Shown piece after piece: positions 54,306-64,000 of a DNA stretch of 64,000 nucleotides. The DNA comes from a virus, in UHGV virus genome UHGV-0291501; one strand, written 5' to 3'. The notes beneath the pieces were generated by a model, which worked only from the letters and a program-made list of their open reading frames with translations, was not told the DNA's origin and made no database searches. Made by a program: the position numbers and the translations under genes. Within the stretch, counting starts at the first letter, position 1. Each line of letters starts with the position of its first letter.

Positions 54306-54752
54306 TTAAACACTTGACGCTGGAATTGTAGAAGTGTAGTCTAGCTTCTCACAACCAAAAATCCAAGTTTTAGAGTTCTGGTCACGACCAAGTTCAATCT
54401 GCGGTAATTCCTGCAACCAAGCATTAATACCAGTTGCCAGAACAGAGCCTGATGGGTCGTAGATTACGAAGTTAGAAGAGATATCTTCTTCAAGTTCCAT
54501 ATTGTCTTGTTTAGCTTGAATTGCAGAAAGCATCTGGTTAGAGAGAGAAGTCTGCATTAACTCAATCTCAATAGTACCTGTCTTGTCTGCATTTCTTGTC
54601 AGAGCAACTTGACCACCTGCACCAACAACTGGTGTCACAAGTGGTGATGTTCTCTGTAGACGCAAGAATGAATCTGGGGCAAAGCCTTCAATGGCAATAC
54701 CATTCCAGCTACATACAACGTCTTTAGGGGAATATTGCTGATACATAGCCAT
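54306..54752 (-). CDS. Tail tube protein (by position)
   Basis: 148 aa, between sheath-like gene and chaperones; followed by a terminator, consistent with high expression. Confidence 0.5.
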   Translation of the reverse strand: MAMYQQYSPKDVVCSWNGIAIEGFAPDSFLRLQRTSPLVTPVVGAGGQVALTRNADKTGTIEIELMQTSLSNQMLSAIQAKQDNMELEEDISSNFVIYDPSGSVLATGINAWLQELPQIELGRDQNSKTWIFGCEKLDYTSTIPASSV

Positions 54753-54767
54753 TCCAATTTACCTCTA

Positions 54768-56120
54768 TTATTCGTAAGCCACTGTACCTTTCAAGTCAAC
54801 ATCCAAGATAGCCCCTGCTAAGATACCTGCGAAGGTAACGTCTTTCAGGATACGTGCTTTCTTGTCTGCTAAAGCAACTTGAGAGGCTTTAGGAACATTA
54901 ACTGTGTAAGATGACAGGAAGTTTCTGTTGACTGCTCTTTGCAGAGAGGTTTCAATGACTTGACGAATACGAGTAATACCAGTATCATCATAAGTAATCT
55001 TACCACCCTTCTGGTTAATTAGCAAGTCTCTCAGAGAAGTTTTCAGGTCTGATTCTAACCAGTCAACACCACGGATGATATCAATCCATTCCCCACCAGA
55101 AGTAATCCCTCTACGAACCACTGGAACACCACCATCAAGGTCAATAAAGTTACAGTGACGTGCATCTAAAGCAGACTTCTGAATACTTGTCAGAGGTCTC
55201 TGATTAGATGGTTGTAGAGAAGCTGCTACACCAGTTAGCTGAGCATTACCCCAAGCAATCGAACCTGCGTCATATGGAGCACCATAAGCAATGTATGCCA
55301 TCTCTGGATAATCTTCTGCTGCTGTGTGATGCCACAAGCAAACTGTACGAGTGTACATATTCTTAGCAAGCTGTGCTGGAACATCATTTGCACTGGCTAA
55401 TTCTGTGCCTTGCAGTGCTGCTACATCTGAGTTAGCCGTAAAGAAGATTTTCTTGCGAGCCTGAATCTCAGAAGCCATTGCTAAGACAAACTGTTGAGTT
55501 CTGTCTTCTGCTGCAATGAAATACCAGTCAGTAGAATAAGCTTCGATAGCTGCCAGAGCAGTTGATGCTGTATCGGCAGTTGTACTTGCAATGTATACAG
55601 TCTGTGCTGTGGTTGTTACTTTCACAAAGTCATTATCACCAGCTTTGGTAATAATCATTGTGGCAGAGCCATTGCTACCAGTTACATTCACAGAAACCTT
55701 ATCTTTGATTGTTGGGTCAGCTTCAATCTGTGTTTTAAACTGTTGCAACACTACCTCAGCAGTGTCTGAGTCTTGTGCTGTGTACTGGTATGGTTGAGAA
55801 ATTCCACCGCCAGCAGCTACAGTAATTGAGTAGTCTGTACTTTCGGTAACGGCATCAGGAATTGATACAGTGTACTGCATAGCACGTCTACCAATATAAA
55901 GCTGAGTTACTTTAGGAGTCTGACTCCAAAGTTGTTTAGCAGCCTTATATGCAGCAGAGTTTTCATCGAAATCTTCAGCAACTTCAGTTAAGGAAGTGTA
56001 ACCACGGACTCTTTCTTCAAAGTTATCTGTTGAAGCTAAGAATAGTGGCAAACCAAAACCTTCTCTTGTAGTTCCTGCGGTGTTCAATGTAATATCTACA
56101 TTAACAATTGGATTCCACAT
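54768..56120 (-). CDS. Tail sheath protein (by position and size)
   Basis: 450 aa immediately upstream of tube gene; standard sheath-tube-chaperone-tape measure order. Confidence 0.5.
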   Translation of the reverse strand: MWNPIVNVDITLNTAGTTREGFGLPLFLASTDNFEERVRGYTSLTEVAEDFDENSAAYKAAKQLWSQTPKVTQLYIGRRAMQYTVSIPDAVTESTDYSITVAAGGGISQPYQYTAQDSDTAEVVLQQFKTQIEADPTIKDKVSVNVTGSNGSATMIITKAGDNDFVKVTTTAQTVYIASTTADTASTALAAIEAYSTDWYFIAAEDRTQQFVLAMASEIQARKKIFFTANSDVAALQGTELASANDVPAQLAKNMYTRTVCLWHHTAAEDYPEMAYIAYGAPYDAGSIAWGNAQLTGVAASLQPSNQRPLTSIQKSALDARHCNFIDLDGGVPVVRRGITSGGEWIDIIRGVDWLESDLKTSLRDLLINQKGGKITYDDTGITRIRQVIETSLQRAVNRNFLSSYTVNVPKASQVALADKKARILKDVTFAGILAGAILDVDLKGTVAYE

Positions 56121-56720
56121 TTATTTTACCCCTTTGGAGTCTACATCTAGATGGATAGTATATTCTGGTGGCTCTTGTCCTTCTTCATAAACTAACTCAC
56201 CATCAACAATGACACGCTCAATAATACTTCCACGTTCATCTTTCAGGACTGAGTTTTTTACAAGAGTTACAACAAGAGGTGCAGAATTTTCGAAATCTGT
56301 ATTGAGATAAGTATAGTCATTCGGGATAGCTCCAGTGTCCAGTACTGTAGCTCCTGTTTCTTCAAGGATTAAATCTCTGACTGAACTCATCTCTAATCGT
56401 TGTTTAAGCTCAAGCATAATACTGTGAGCACCTTTACCATTCACCGTAATTAATACAGGAATCTGAAAAGCAATTCTGTAGCAAACTACATCATCCTCAA
56501 CAAACTTATCAAGAACCCAACCATAAGGTGTTGCAGCATCTTGACAGTATACGGTAATAAATGGCTGGTCAGGTTTTAAACCTTTGTCATTTGAGTTATC
56601 AGAAGGGTAAGCTCTAATTACATTTGGTCTATTATTCTTATCACGAGCTAATCTGTGACCAATAACATCCACTAAGGTTCTAACTAGACCTTTTTCAAGT
56701 TCTGCTGTTTCTAACTGCAT
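56121..56720 (-). CDS. Tail completion/terminator-like protein (by position)
   Basis: 199-aa ORF directly upstream of sheath. Confidence 0.35.
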   Translation of the reverse strand: MQLETAELEKGLVRTLVDVIGHRLARDKNNRPNVIRAYPSDNSNDKGLKPDQPFITVYCQDAATPYGWVLDKFVEDDVVCYRIAFQIPVLITVNGKGAHSIMLELKQRLEMSSVRDLILEETGATVLDTGAIPNDYTYLNTDFENSAPLVVTLVKNSVLKDERGSIIERVIVDGELVYEEGQEPPEYTIHLDVDSKGVK

Positions 56721-57096
56721 TCATTTTATCCCTTCTAATAATGATATATTCATAATGGGATGTATGGGCTAATTGCTGTGACCAATCCATAGTCATAAAT
56801 ACTTCATACTCATGACCATCAATCATAACAATGTCAGACTCATTCCACTCTACATCATCTGAAGTTCTAAGTTTATATGTGGTATACAGGATTCTTGTAT
56901 CGGTAAGCCTAATACCTTCCGGTAAAGCAATCTGTGTACCATTCTTTACAGAACCTTTGATATATGGCTGGATATTACCTTTACAGTTAACCTCTACAAC
57001 ATCTTGTGAAGCTACCCAATCACCATCATCATTATAATAACCGTCTTCAGAGACTTTACGCTTTACTACAAAGCTGTGTCTGTTTAAGAGTCTCAT
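56695..57096 (-). CDS. Neck/tail-completion protein (by position)
   Basis: 133-aa ORF in head-tail joining region. Confidence 0.35.
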   Translation of the reverse strand: MRLLNRHSFVVKRKVSEDGYYNDDGDWVASQDVVEVNCKGNIQPYIKGSVKNGTQIALPEGIRLTDTRILYTTYKLRTSDDVEWNESDIVMIDGHEYEVFMTMDWSQQLAHTSHYEYIIIRRDKMNAVRNSRT

Positions 57097-57575
57097 TTCT
57101 TAATACCCTTCTTAGTAGAAATTTTATAAGCAAGGTTATCTCTTAAGTCACCTGTCTCAACAAGAGGTGCATTAAAGCCTTTTTTCTTGACTGTGGAAGG
57201 TGCGTTAGGAGGGAGGATAGCAGAATTACCAAAACCCCTTTTAATTGCCTTTTGAGTATTCTTTGCAAATGCTTCTAAGGTATTTGAAGGGTCTGTGTTG
57301 AGACTGCTAAGTTGCTTATATAGATTCTTCTTAGTCTGCTCTAACAAGGTCTGTTTGTTTAGCATCATAGTGATTTCAAACAACCTACGATATACTTTAC
57401 CAGAAGCTGAAGGAACCCCAATAACTTCTTGTAAATACATTAAAGCAGGATAAGAAAAACCAGAGCTATGTTGACCTTGTTCTTGAAAATACCCAACTTG
57501 AGCATTAGCCGTTTGCAAGTTCTTCATAGCCCCGACTAATTTTGCTCTCGCGGGGTGAATAACCCTTTTAACCAT
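57093..57575 (-). CDS. Head-tail joining protein (by position)
   Basis: 160-aa ORF; ATGA coupling. Confidence 0.35.
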   Translation of the reverse strand: MVKRVIHPARAKLVGAMKNLQTANAQVGYFQEQGQHSSGFSYPALMYLQEVIGVPSASGKVYRRLFEITMMLNKQTLLEQTKKNLYKQLSSLNTDPSNTLEAFAKNTQKAIKRGFGNSAILPPNAPSTVKKKGFNAPLVETGDLRDNLAYKISTKKGIKK

Positions 57576-58024
57576 TATTCATCTCGCTCGATAATAAATA
57601 CGCCATTAACACGGTTGCAGTAATCTCTGCCTTCGTATCTGGCAGCATCACCATATTCTGTGTATTTCTTGACAGAGCAAGGATTCTGACGACGCATGTC
57701 AATATCACACTGATTAATACCACCTGCATAGGGGAGTCCTGAAACAGAGCTTTTAACAAGGTCATCATAAACAGCTTTCAGAGACTTGAATCTGGAAGAG
57801 TTACGTAAATAAACACCACCAACCTTCTCATCTCCCATCTTGGCTACTTGAAAGAGTAAATATTTAAGAGCTTTGATGGCTGCTTTCTTTTCATCCTTTC
57901 CAGATTCTAGGTAGAACCACTCTAGCACAGACTGTTCAATAAGAATTTCGTCATTATTGGTGTCTGTGCAGAGGATTCTTACTCTATCAAGAGGGTTATT
58001 GGCTGGGTCGCCTGTATAACACAT
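57575..58024 (-). CDS. Head completion/connector protein (by position)
   Basis: 149-aa ORF just downstream of major capsid gene; preferred over the nested 66-aa ORF 57568..57768. Confidence 0.35.
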   Translation of the reverse strand: MCYTGDPANNPLDRVRILCTDTNNDEILIEQSVLEWFYLESGKDEKKAAIKALKYLLFQVAKMGDEKVGGVYLRNSSRFKSLKAVYDDLVKSSVSGLPYAGGINQCDIDMRRQNPCSVKKYTEYGDAARYEGRDYCNRVNGVFIIERDE

Positions 58025-58045
58025 TCATAACCCTCCTTAAGAATA

Positions 58046-59155
58046 TTAGTCTTTAGCGTCAGAACGAACATCTACCAGCAACTGAGGACGAGTACAGTAT
58101 GGCAGCATGTAAGAGTGAGCTTCAAAGTCGATACCTTCGTCACGGTCTTTTTCGTATTCGAATACGTATAGTTCCTGACCAAGTGTATTCGCATAACCCA
58201 TCTTAGGACATGGGCCATATGCCACTTCGAAGATGTTGTTTGCTTCACCCAGCATAGAAACGTTAGGGAAAGCATGTCCTACACCTACAGTTCCATCCTG
58301 AGTAACACCATCAATGCTAACCAGAGTGTGAACTTTACCACGCTTGTCTTTGAACTTACCGTTGTACTGGACAAACTTAACACCACCGTAGTAGAAGGTG
58401 TTCATATGAGCCTGAACGCCGTCAGTACCACCAGTTCTCAGAGAACCAGTAATCTGTTGCCAAGCCAGTGGAGTCTGCTGTGCAAGATAAGCGTCACGAA
58501 TCTTAGGATGCTTAACCAGTTTGCTGAAGAATACACGGTCAACAACTACGTGAATTTCTTCACCGTTGATTACAGTGCCAGTCTTAGCTTCGTCTTCCAT
58601 GTGCATACGCAGTTCTTCAATAGAAGCGTCAATGTCAGCATTAGGGTTGTCAAGGTCGAAGTAAACAGTCTTCTTCTCAACGTCGAACTGCTTGTACAGG
58701 TCAGCATACAGAGTACCACGAGCATCAACAACTTTACCCTTCAGAGCTTGCATAAACAAGAACTCACGAGTAATATCGAACTTGGTACGAATCTTCATCA
58801 GCTTCTTAGCACGTACTACAGCTTCAGTAGTCAGTTCGTTTGCAGTGCCTGGCTGACGTACACCCTGAATCTCATCAGGAGTAATGCTTTCAACTTCTTT
58901 GAAGTACATCATTGGGAAGCTGATTTGACGAACACGCTCAGGTGCGCTAGTCTCTGCTTTACGGCTATCACGGTCTACCGCATCAAGCAAGCTAACATCC
59001 CAATCAGTCAAGTCCATAAGGAAAGTAGTTTGGGTGATTGGTGCTGAACGGAACAGACCTAAGTTGGAAATATACCCATAAGTATTTGGGATAGACTGGA
59101 CTTCACCAGTCAGGTCAGCAAGGAAAAATCTGCTTTTTTCAGAATTAGTCAACAT
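58046..59155 (-). CDS. Major capsid protein
   Basis: 369 aa, positioned after protease-scaffold and decoration genes; call is positional. Confidence 0.6.
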   Translation of the reverse strand: MLTNSEKSRFFLADLTGEVQSIPNTYGYISNLGLFRSAPITQTTFLMDLTDWDVSLLDAVDRDSRKAETSAPERVRQISFPMMYFKEVESITPDEIQGVRQPGTANELTTEAVVRAKKLMKIRTKFDITREFLFMQALKGKVVDARGTLYADLYKQFDVEKKTVYFDLDNPNADIDASIEELRMHMEDEAKTGTVINGEEIHVVVDRVFFSKLVKHPKIRDAYLAQQTPLAWQQITGSLRTGGTDGVQAHMNTFYYGGVKFVQYNGKFKDKRGKVHTLVSIDGVTQDGTVGVGHAFPNVSMLGEANNIFEVAYGPCPKMGYANTLGQELYVFEYEKDRDEGIDFEAHSYMLPYCTRPQLLVDVRSDAKD

Positions 59156-59188
59156 TGTAAAATTCTCCAGAATGTCTTATTATTGTTA

Positions 59189-59566
59189 TTACAGGCCAGT
59201 TGGTACGAAATCAATACCTTTAGCAGCCAGAGCTTTCTTGACTTCAGTAGCATCAACGCTTGATTCAAGAGTTAGCAGGTCTTTCAGTTCTGCATCACGG
59301 TGGATACCTACTACTTTCAACTGACCATGATAAGACAGTTGCAGGTCTGCGTAGAAATTAACGATACATACAGAGTCTGCTTGGGCTTCTTCTCCAGCTT
59401 GTACCTTAGTACCATCTGCTTTCAGAACTTCACCTACACGATACTCTGTAGATGCCTGTGGGGTGTACTCTTTACGAGAGTGGCCTGTTGGGGTAATCTG
59501 TTCCCAAAGAATGATATCATTCAGAGGTTCTCTGTTACCTAACTTAGTAAAACCTTGATATGCCAT
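59189..59566 (-). CDS. Head decoration protein-like
   Basis: 125-aa ORF between protease-scaffold and capsid genes, the usual position of lambda gpD-type decoration proteins. Confidence 0.4.
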   Translation of the reverse strand: MAYQGFTKLGNREPLNDIILWEQITPTGHSRKEYTPQASTEYRVGEVLKADGTKVQAGEEAQADSVCIVNFYADLQLSYHGQLKVVGIHRDAELKDLLTLESSVDATEVKKALAAKGIDFVPTGL

Positions 59567-59577
59567 TATTGTGTTCC

Positions 59578-60924
59578 TTATTTGATAAGAGATTTTAGAG
59601 CATTCTGGAGAGCCAGTTTGCGTTGTTCAGCGGTGTCTTCGGAAGCATTCTTAGCTGGTTCTTTTTCTTCTTCAACCAAATCAGCTTCGCCGTCATTACC
59701 CATTTCTTCCATAGCATTAGAATGTTCAAGAACAGCACCAGCAGTTTCTTTCAGCTTGGTAATTTCTGATTCTTTTTCTTCCATTGCAGAAGCATGGGAC
59801 GCGATAGTTTCATTAAGTTTCTGGTTAGCACCTTCCATAGCATTCATAAACAGAACGCTCAGAGGGTTATCAAGACCAGCACCTAAAATAGTCGTTGCAG
59901 CTTCTTTTGCATCAAACCCAAAAGCTTCAGCAGAAGCAGAAATCTTATTAGTCAAATCTGACAAAGCAGCTTCCTGTTCTTTAGCTTTCATTTGAGCAAC
60001 CTGAAGACGCAAAGCTTCTAGTTCTTGCTTTTCTTGTTCAGTCATTTCTTCACCTGAATTGTTAACGTTTAAACTTACAGGAGCCTCTTCAGAACCTTGT
60101 AAGTAATTTAAGAAATCATCTTGAGACATGATTGAGTTAATTAAACCAAGTTCAAGAGCTTCCTGAGCAGAATAAACATTCGCCTCAGTATTCTTTACAG
60201 CTTCTTCAGAGAGATTACGAGATTCGGCTACAAAACCTGTAAAGGTTGCGTAGGTATCATTAATCCTCTTTTGAAGTCTTTCTTTGCTTTCTTCTGAGAG
60301 TGCTTGGAATGGTGAACCCATACCTTTAAACTCACCAGCTTTGATGACGTTAATTGTTACGCCATTCTTTTCAAATGCCTTAGTTAATTCCTGATGAACC
60401 ATAATTACACCAATAGAACCAACATCTGCATCTGGTGATGCAATAATTTCTTCAGCAGAAGATGCAAGAGCGTATGCAGCGGAACAAGCGAACTCATCTA
60501 CATAAGCAATAATTTTCTTTTGGCCTCTTGAAGCCATAATGTGACGTGCTAATTCAAAGCAACCTGAAGCTTCACCACCACCAGAATCGATGTGCAGAAC
60601 AATAGTCTTGATTGACTCATCTGCTAAAGCTTCGTCAAAGCCTCTACGCAAACCTTCATAAGAGCTTAATCCACCTGTACACATTGCATCAATGAATGTC
60701 ATACGATGGGTTAAACCACCCATAATAGGGATAATAGCAATGTCATCTTTTACTTTTAAAAGACTTCTTGCTTCACCTTTGGGTTTATCAAAGTTTACTG
60801 CTGCTTGGACATCACCCAGCAATCTGTTATTCACATAAGTTGCTGCTGAGTGAGCTAATGATTCAGTGGCTAGTAAAGGTTGGTTGAATAATCTATCAGC
60901 AAGTCTGAAGATATTCGAACTCAT
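59578..60924 (-). CDS. Prohead protease (S49/ClpP-like) fused to scaffold-like C-terminal domain
   Basis: Motif VLHIDSGGGEASG resembles the SppA/ClpP signature; C-terminal ~200 aa Ala/Glu-rich coiled coil typical of scaffolds. Confidence 0.65.
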   Translation of the reverse strand: MSSNIFRLADRLFNQPLLATESLAHSAATYVNNRLLGDVQAAVNFDKPKGEARSLLKVKDDIAIIPIMGGLTHRMTFIDAMCTGGLSSYEGLRRGFDEALADESIKTIVLHIDSGGGEASGCFELARHIMASRGQKKIIAYVDEFACSAAYALASSAEEIIASPDADVGSIGVIMVHQELTKAFEKNGVTINVIKAGEFKGMGSPFQALSEESKERLQKRINDTYATFTGFVAESRNLSEEAVKNTEANVYSAQEALELGLINSIMSQDDFLNYLQGSEEAPVSLNVNNSGEEMTEQEKQELEALRLQVAQMKAKEQEAALSDLTNKISASAEAFGFDAKEAATTILGAGLDNPLSVLFMNAMEGANQKLNETIASHASAMEEKESEITKLKETAGAVLEHSNAMEEMGNDGEADLVEEEKEPAKNASEDTAEQRKLALQNALKSLIK

Positions 60925-60935
60925 TTTTACTCACC

Positions 60936-61268
60936 CTATTTGTTTAAATCTACAGAGACTGAAGAGATAACATAGATACCTTCTTCAGCAAAGAATTGAG
61001 GTTTGCTAAGAGCACCAGTTGCCACGCATTTATCGTTAGCATCCCACAAGCTATAGTGTGAGACCGTTGCAGAAGCTGGAACAGTAATATTAACTGTATC
61101 TTCTGAGGCAATTAAGCCATTATCCGGTTCAGAAAAATAAATAGCCACTGGCTGAGTAACCTTATTTGCTGTAGGGTCTGCCGTTGGGTCTACATTGTGT
61201 AAAATAATAGTCGTTGGGGTTAGCGTGGCGAGGATTTTATTCTTACCATCAATAGTTAATGTTCCCAT
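60936..61268 (-). CDS. Hypothetical head-module protein
   Basis: 110-aa ORF between portal and protease genes. Confidence 0.4.
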   Translation of the reverse strand: MGTLTIDGKNKILATLTPTTIILHNVDPTADPTANKVTQPVAIYFSEPDNGLIASEDTVNITVPASATVSHYSLWDANDKCVATGALSKPQFFAEEGIYVISSVSVDLNK

Positions 61269-61768
61269 TAATTAAACCTTACTTTTTGTTTAAGGACTGT
61301 TGAATGGTTACCAGATTCATCTACCACATTTACAATCATATCATATACTTTACCTTTGACAAGTACTTTGTAATCATTTTGTGAAAAAATGTATTCAAGT
61401 CTGTTTGTTTCTTTATTAACTGTCATTGGAGATTGAAATGCAGTATCGAGGGTAATGAAAGCGGCTTCAATGCTATTAACATTGATACGTTTATTCTCGC
61501 AGTTATATAACTTTACACCCAAAAGGCATGAGCTGTCAAATGGAATTTTAACAATTTCACTACAATTTCCTGAAATAAACGGTTTTCCACTCATTGGTGC
61601 ATCAAGTAACCTGCAAATAGTGAAAACGTCAGAGACTCCACCATCACTAACATAACCTGAAAGGCTGACCCTTGAGCCAGCCTCTACAGATAACTTGTCA
61701 GTAATGATAAGGACACCCCTATACGAATGCACTCGTGTAGCATTTGAAATAGAGATAACTTCAGCCAT
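61268..61768 (-). CDS. Hypothetical head-module protein
   Basis: 166-aa ORF immediately downstream of portal. Confidence 0.4.
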   Translation of the reverse strand: MAEVISISNATRVHSYRGVLIITDKLSVEAGSRVSLSGYVSDGGVSDVFTICRLLDAPMSGKPFISGNCSEIVKIPFDSSCLLGVKLYNCENKRINVNSIEAAFITLDTAFQSPMTVNKETNRLEYIFSQNDYKVLVKGKVYDMIVNVVDESGNHSTVLKQKVRFN

Positions 61769-63243
61769 TATTTATTTGCCTTATTTGCTGTGCTTGGGTC
61801 TTTCGCTGAAGGTGTCTTTGCAGTACCTTCTCCAGCGGTCTTATAACCATCTCCTGAGCGGCTTTGGCTATTTGGAGAAAGCTTTTCAGATACTGGCTGA
61901 GACTCATCAGCAGGAGGGAGACCAATATGCTCTCTAAGTTTGTTAGATAGCTCTTTGTCAACTTCCAAAGCACCTACTGCAACAGTCTTCTGAATATAAG
62001 AACCAATTGCTTCAAGGTCTGGAGTTTCGATATCATCATATGTGATTTGTACATGTTCTTCATCATCCCACATATTAAGAGCATAAGTCTGTGCAACTAA
62101 ATCACGGTTAATTACGTTCTTAATTTGCTTCAGCAGAATATCTACTGACATTGCTAGTAAGCTTGTCTTAGAATCTGCAAGAGAGAATGAACCATATTTT
62201 GACTGACCCATAGCAAGAACATCTGACATAAATGCCATCATAATCTGCTTGGAATATCTGTCAATAATAGAACCTGTATCGTATGCTTTAGCACCCTGTC
62301 TAGAAACTAATGAGAACTCGAAAATATCCTCTTTAGTATCTGGGTCGATATATCTAGGCCAGATTAAACCTGCTCTATCATTAGCAATCATATCGTTAAC
62401 AACAGTTTTGCAGTATTGTACGAAAGCTTTCTTTTCAGGTTCTGCATTTTCATCCAGATAATCTGGTGGTAAACCAATCTTTGGCATACCTACCAAGTCT
62501 CTTGAAACACCAACAGCTTCGTACTCTTCAATCTGAACTTTATACTTCCACGGTACATAGGCATTAAGTAATGGTGAACGACCTTCTGGGTTTCCATATT
62601 CATCATCATACTTAAACAGCATGAATTTAGCTCGTGGAAGTTTTCTTGTTAGCGGTCTTTCTCCAAGATTAATTGCTCCAGCAATATGTGAAACATTTCT
62701 CAGATTCTGTCTGACACCAGTAACTTTTCTAAAGTCTTCGTCAAAATACCACTTATCAAGTGTTGATTGGTTTCTGATTGGTAATTTAGCCCATCCAATT
62801 AGACCATCATCAAATTTTGACTGGTACTTTCCTTTTTTACCCTGTCGCTTCTTATAAACTTTCTCGTTAACACAGAACCCATAAGTGCAGAATGACATTA
62901 CAGAATTAATAAAATCTGCCCAATCATGCTCCATGTCATCCATTAAAGAATTAAAGAAGTCTGCTCTTTCAAGCATTTTAGGGTCTTGCTCTTTTCCCTT
63001 TGGAGGTACGAATCTCCAGTTGACTTTTCTGACAAACATCTTAATAATATTTACAGATGCTGCTACAGCAGGGTCACGCATCATTAATTGGAAAGTTTTA
63101 ATACTTTCAGGGAACCTTAGTGCCTGACGAGGTTCTTCATAGATTCTTCCATTCTTAACCTTCAGACCCAAAGAACCTACTTCACCCATTCTAAATGGTG
63201 GTAAGCTTTCTTGTGTTTCTGTAATATCTGCCATTCTTCTCAC
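61768..63243 (-). CDS. Portal protein
   Basis: 491 aa directly downstream of terminase large subunit; charged, low-complexity C-terminal tail; positional call. Confidence 0.6.
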   Translation of the reverse strand: MRRMADITETQESLPPFRMGEVGSLGLKVKNGRIYEEPRQALRFPESIKTFQLMMRDPAVAASVNIIKMFVRKVNWRFVPPKGKEQDPKMLERADFFNSLMDDMEHDWADFINSVMSFCTYGFCVNEKVYKKRQGKKGKYQSKFDDGLIGWAKLPIRNQSTLDKWYFDEDFRKVTGVRQNLRNVSHIAGAINLGERPLTRKLPRAKFMLFKYDDEYGNPEGRSPLLNAYVPWKYKVQIEEYEAVGVSRDLVGMPKIGLPPDYLDENAEPEKKAFVQYCKTVVNDMIANDRAGLIWPRYIDPDTKEDIFEFSLVSRQGAKAYDTGSIIDRYSKQIMMAFMSDVLAMGQSKYGSFSLADSKTSLLAMSVDILLKQIKNVINRDLVAQTYALNMWDDEEHVQITYDDIETPDLEAIGSYIQKTVAVGALEVDKELSNKLREHIGLPPADESQPVSEKLSPNSQSRSGDGYKTAGEGTAKTPSAKDPSTANKANK

Positions 63244-63250
63244 CTAGCTA

Positions 63251-64000
63251 TCAACGTCTAAGCCCCTCATATGGGTTTCCTCTCACTAAGTCTGTGTGAG
63301 CACCCATTGATGGTGGCTTGAATAATTTAACTTCGTTAAGACTGTTGAAAGCATCACTGGTAGCATCCACTTGGTCATCTTTAGTTTTACCATCACCACA
63401 AAAGCCTTCAAGCTCTTGGAAGTAAGCTTCATTCCAACTACCTCTCAAGACTTTTACAAGTCCAGCTTCAGAAGCAGCAGAAAATCCCGCAAAGCGGGTA
63501 ACTTTATCTTTATTTGTTGGTTTAGCTCTTGCTCGATAACCTTTCTCGGCAAGTTTCCTGATGAGGGATGTTGCGTAGGATTTACCAGCAGCGCCTGGGT
63601 CTTGAGGGATAAAAATACCAGTTCGCTTACCGTCACTTTCAGCAGTCAAATTAATTTGTGTTTCGACTCCAGAGGGTCTATCTCTAAATCTTACTACATC
63701 AATGATATAATAGCAACCGTCTTTTTTAGATTTACCCATCTTAACACCTGCTGTCCAGTCTGGATTAGGGTTAATCTCAGATGGTAAAGTTGCTGCTAAG
63801 TCCCATGCTCTAACATCGAATACATCTTCTGGGAGTGAATCAACAATTTCACACCATTGTCTTTGCCAATAGTTTGAACCTTCTGCACGAGCCTTCCAGT
63901 TACCGAAACGAAGTCTTGCAACGTTTACAGGGGTGTTGTTTTCCAACTTACCACGGTACTTAGGCTCTAAGAAGTCAAGGATGGGGTTATCATCAATCGT
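63251..64000 (-). CDS. Terminase large subunit, C-terminal nuclease part (partial; 5-prime end beyond window)
   Basis: RNase H-like nuclease-domain pattern (RAWDLAAT ... YYIIDVVRFR ... DDQVDATSDA). The reading frame stays open to the window edge; the track start at 63946 is probably an internal Met. Confidence 0.65.
   Translation of the reverse strand, partial: TIDDNPILDFLEPKYRGKLENNTPVNVARLRFGNWKARAEGSNYWQRQWCEIVDSLPEDVFDVRAWDLAATLPSEINPNPDWTAGVKMGKSKKDGCYYIIDVVRFRDRPSGVETQINLTAESDGKRTGIFIPQDPGAAGKSYATSLIRKLAEKGYRARAKPTNKDKVTRFAGFSAASEAGLVKVLRGSWNEAYFQELEGFCGDGKTKDDQVDATSDAFNSLNEVKLFKPPSMGAHTDLVRGNPYEGLRR

Noticed and set aside
57568-57768. 66-aa minus-strand ORF
   Set aside because: Fully nested out of frame inside the 149-aa ORF 57575..58024, which fits the operon spacing; treated as an overlapping-frame artefact.

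Overview
This window reads as a contiguous slice of a virulent tailed dsDNA phage genome, AT-rich, densely packed, and punctuated by GC-rich hairpin terminators. Gene content (rIIA/rIIB-like pair, aerobic and anaerobic ribonucleotide reductases, thymidylate synthase, DHFR, T7-type primase-helicase, family A DNA polymerase, homing endonucleases, contractile-tail module) resembles Felix O1-type myoviruses, but that is inference from motifs and synteny only; no database search was possible. There are three transcription blocks: (1) 428-30052, minus strand, early/middle genes including an adjacent NAMPT-like + PRPP-synthetase-like pair, the gene pair used by the phage NARP1 NAD+ reconstitution counter-defence pathway; (2) 30310-41263, plus strand, DNA polymerase, ligase, small proteins, DHFR and thymidylate synthase; (3) 41301-64000, minus strand, structural module from tail fibres through baseplate, tape measure, sheath/tube, capsid, protease-scaffold, portal, to a truncated terminase. 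The most unusual signal is non-coding: two paralogous ORF-free regions (35924-36372 and 37404-37779) built from strictly phased GGTNN pentamers around an identical 62-bp hairpin module, flanking a two-gene cassette; I propose these as candidate R-loop-type replication origins or a structured RNA. Hand-derived coordinates (terminators, promoters, small ORFs, repeats) may be off by 1-2 bp; ORF-track coordinates include the stop codon.
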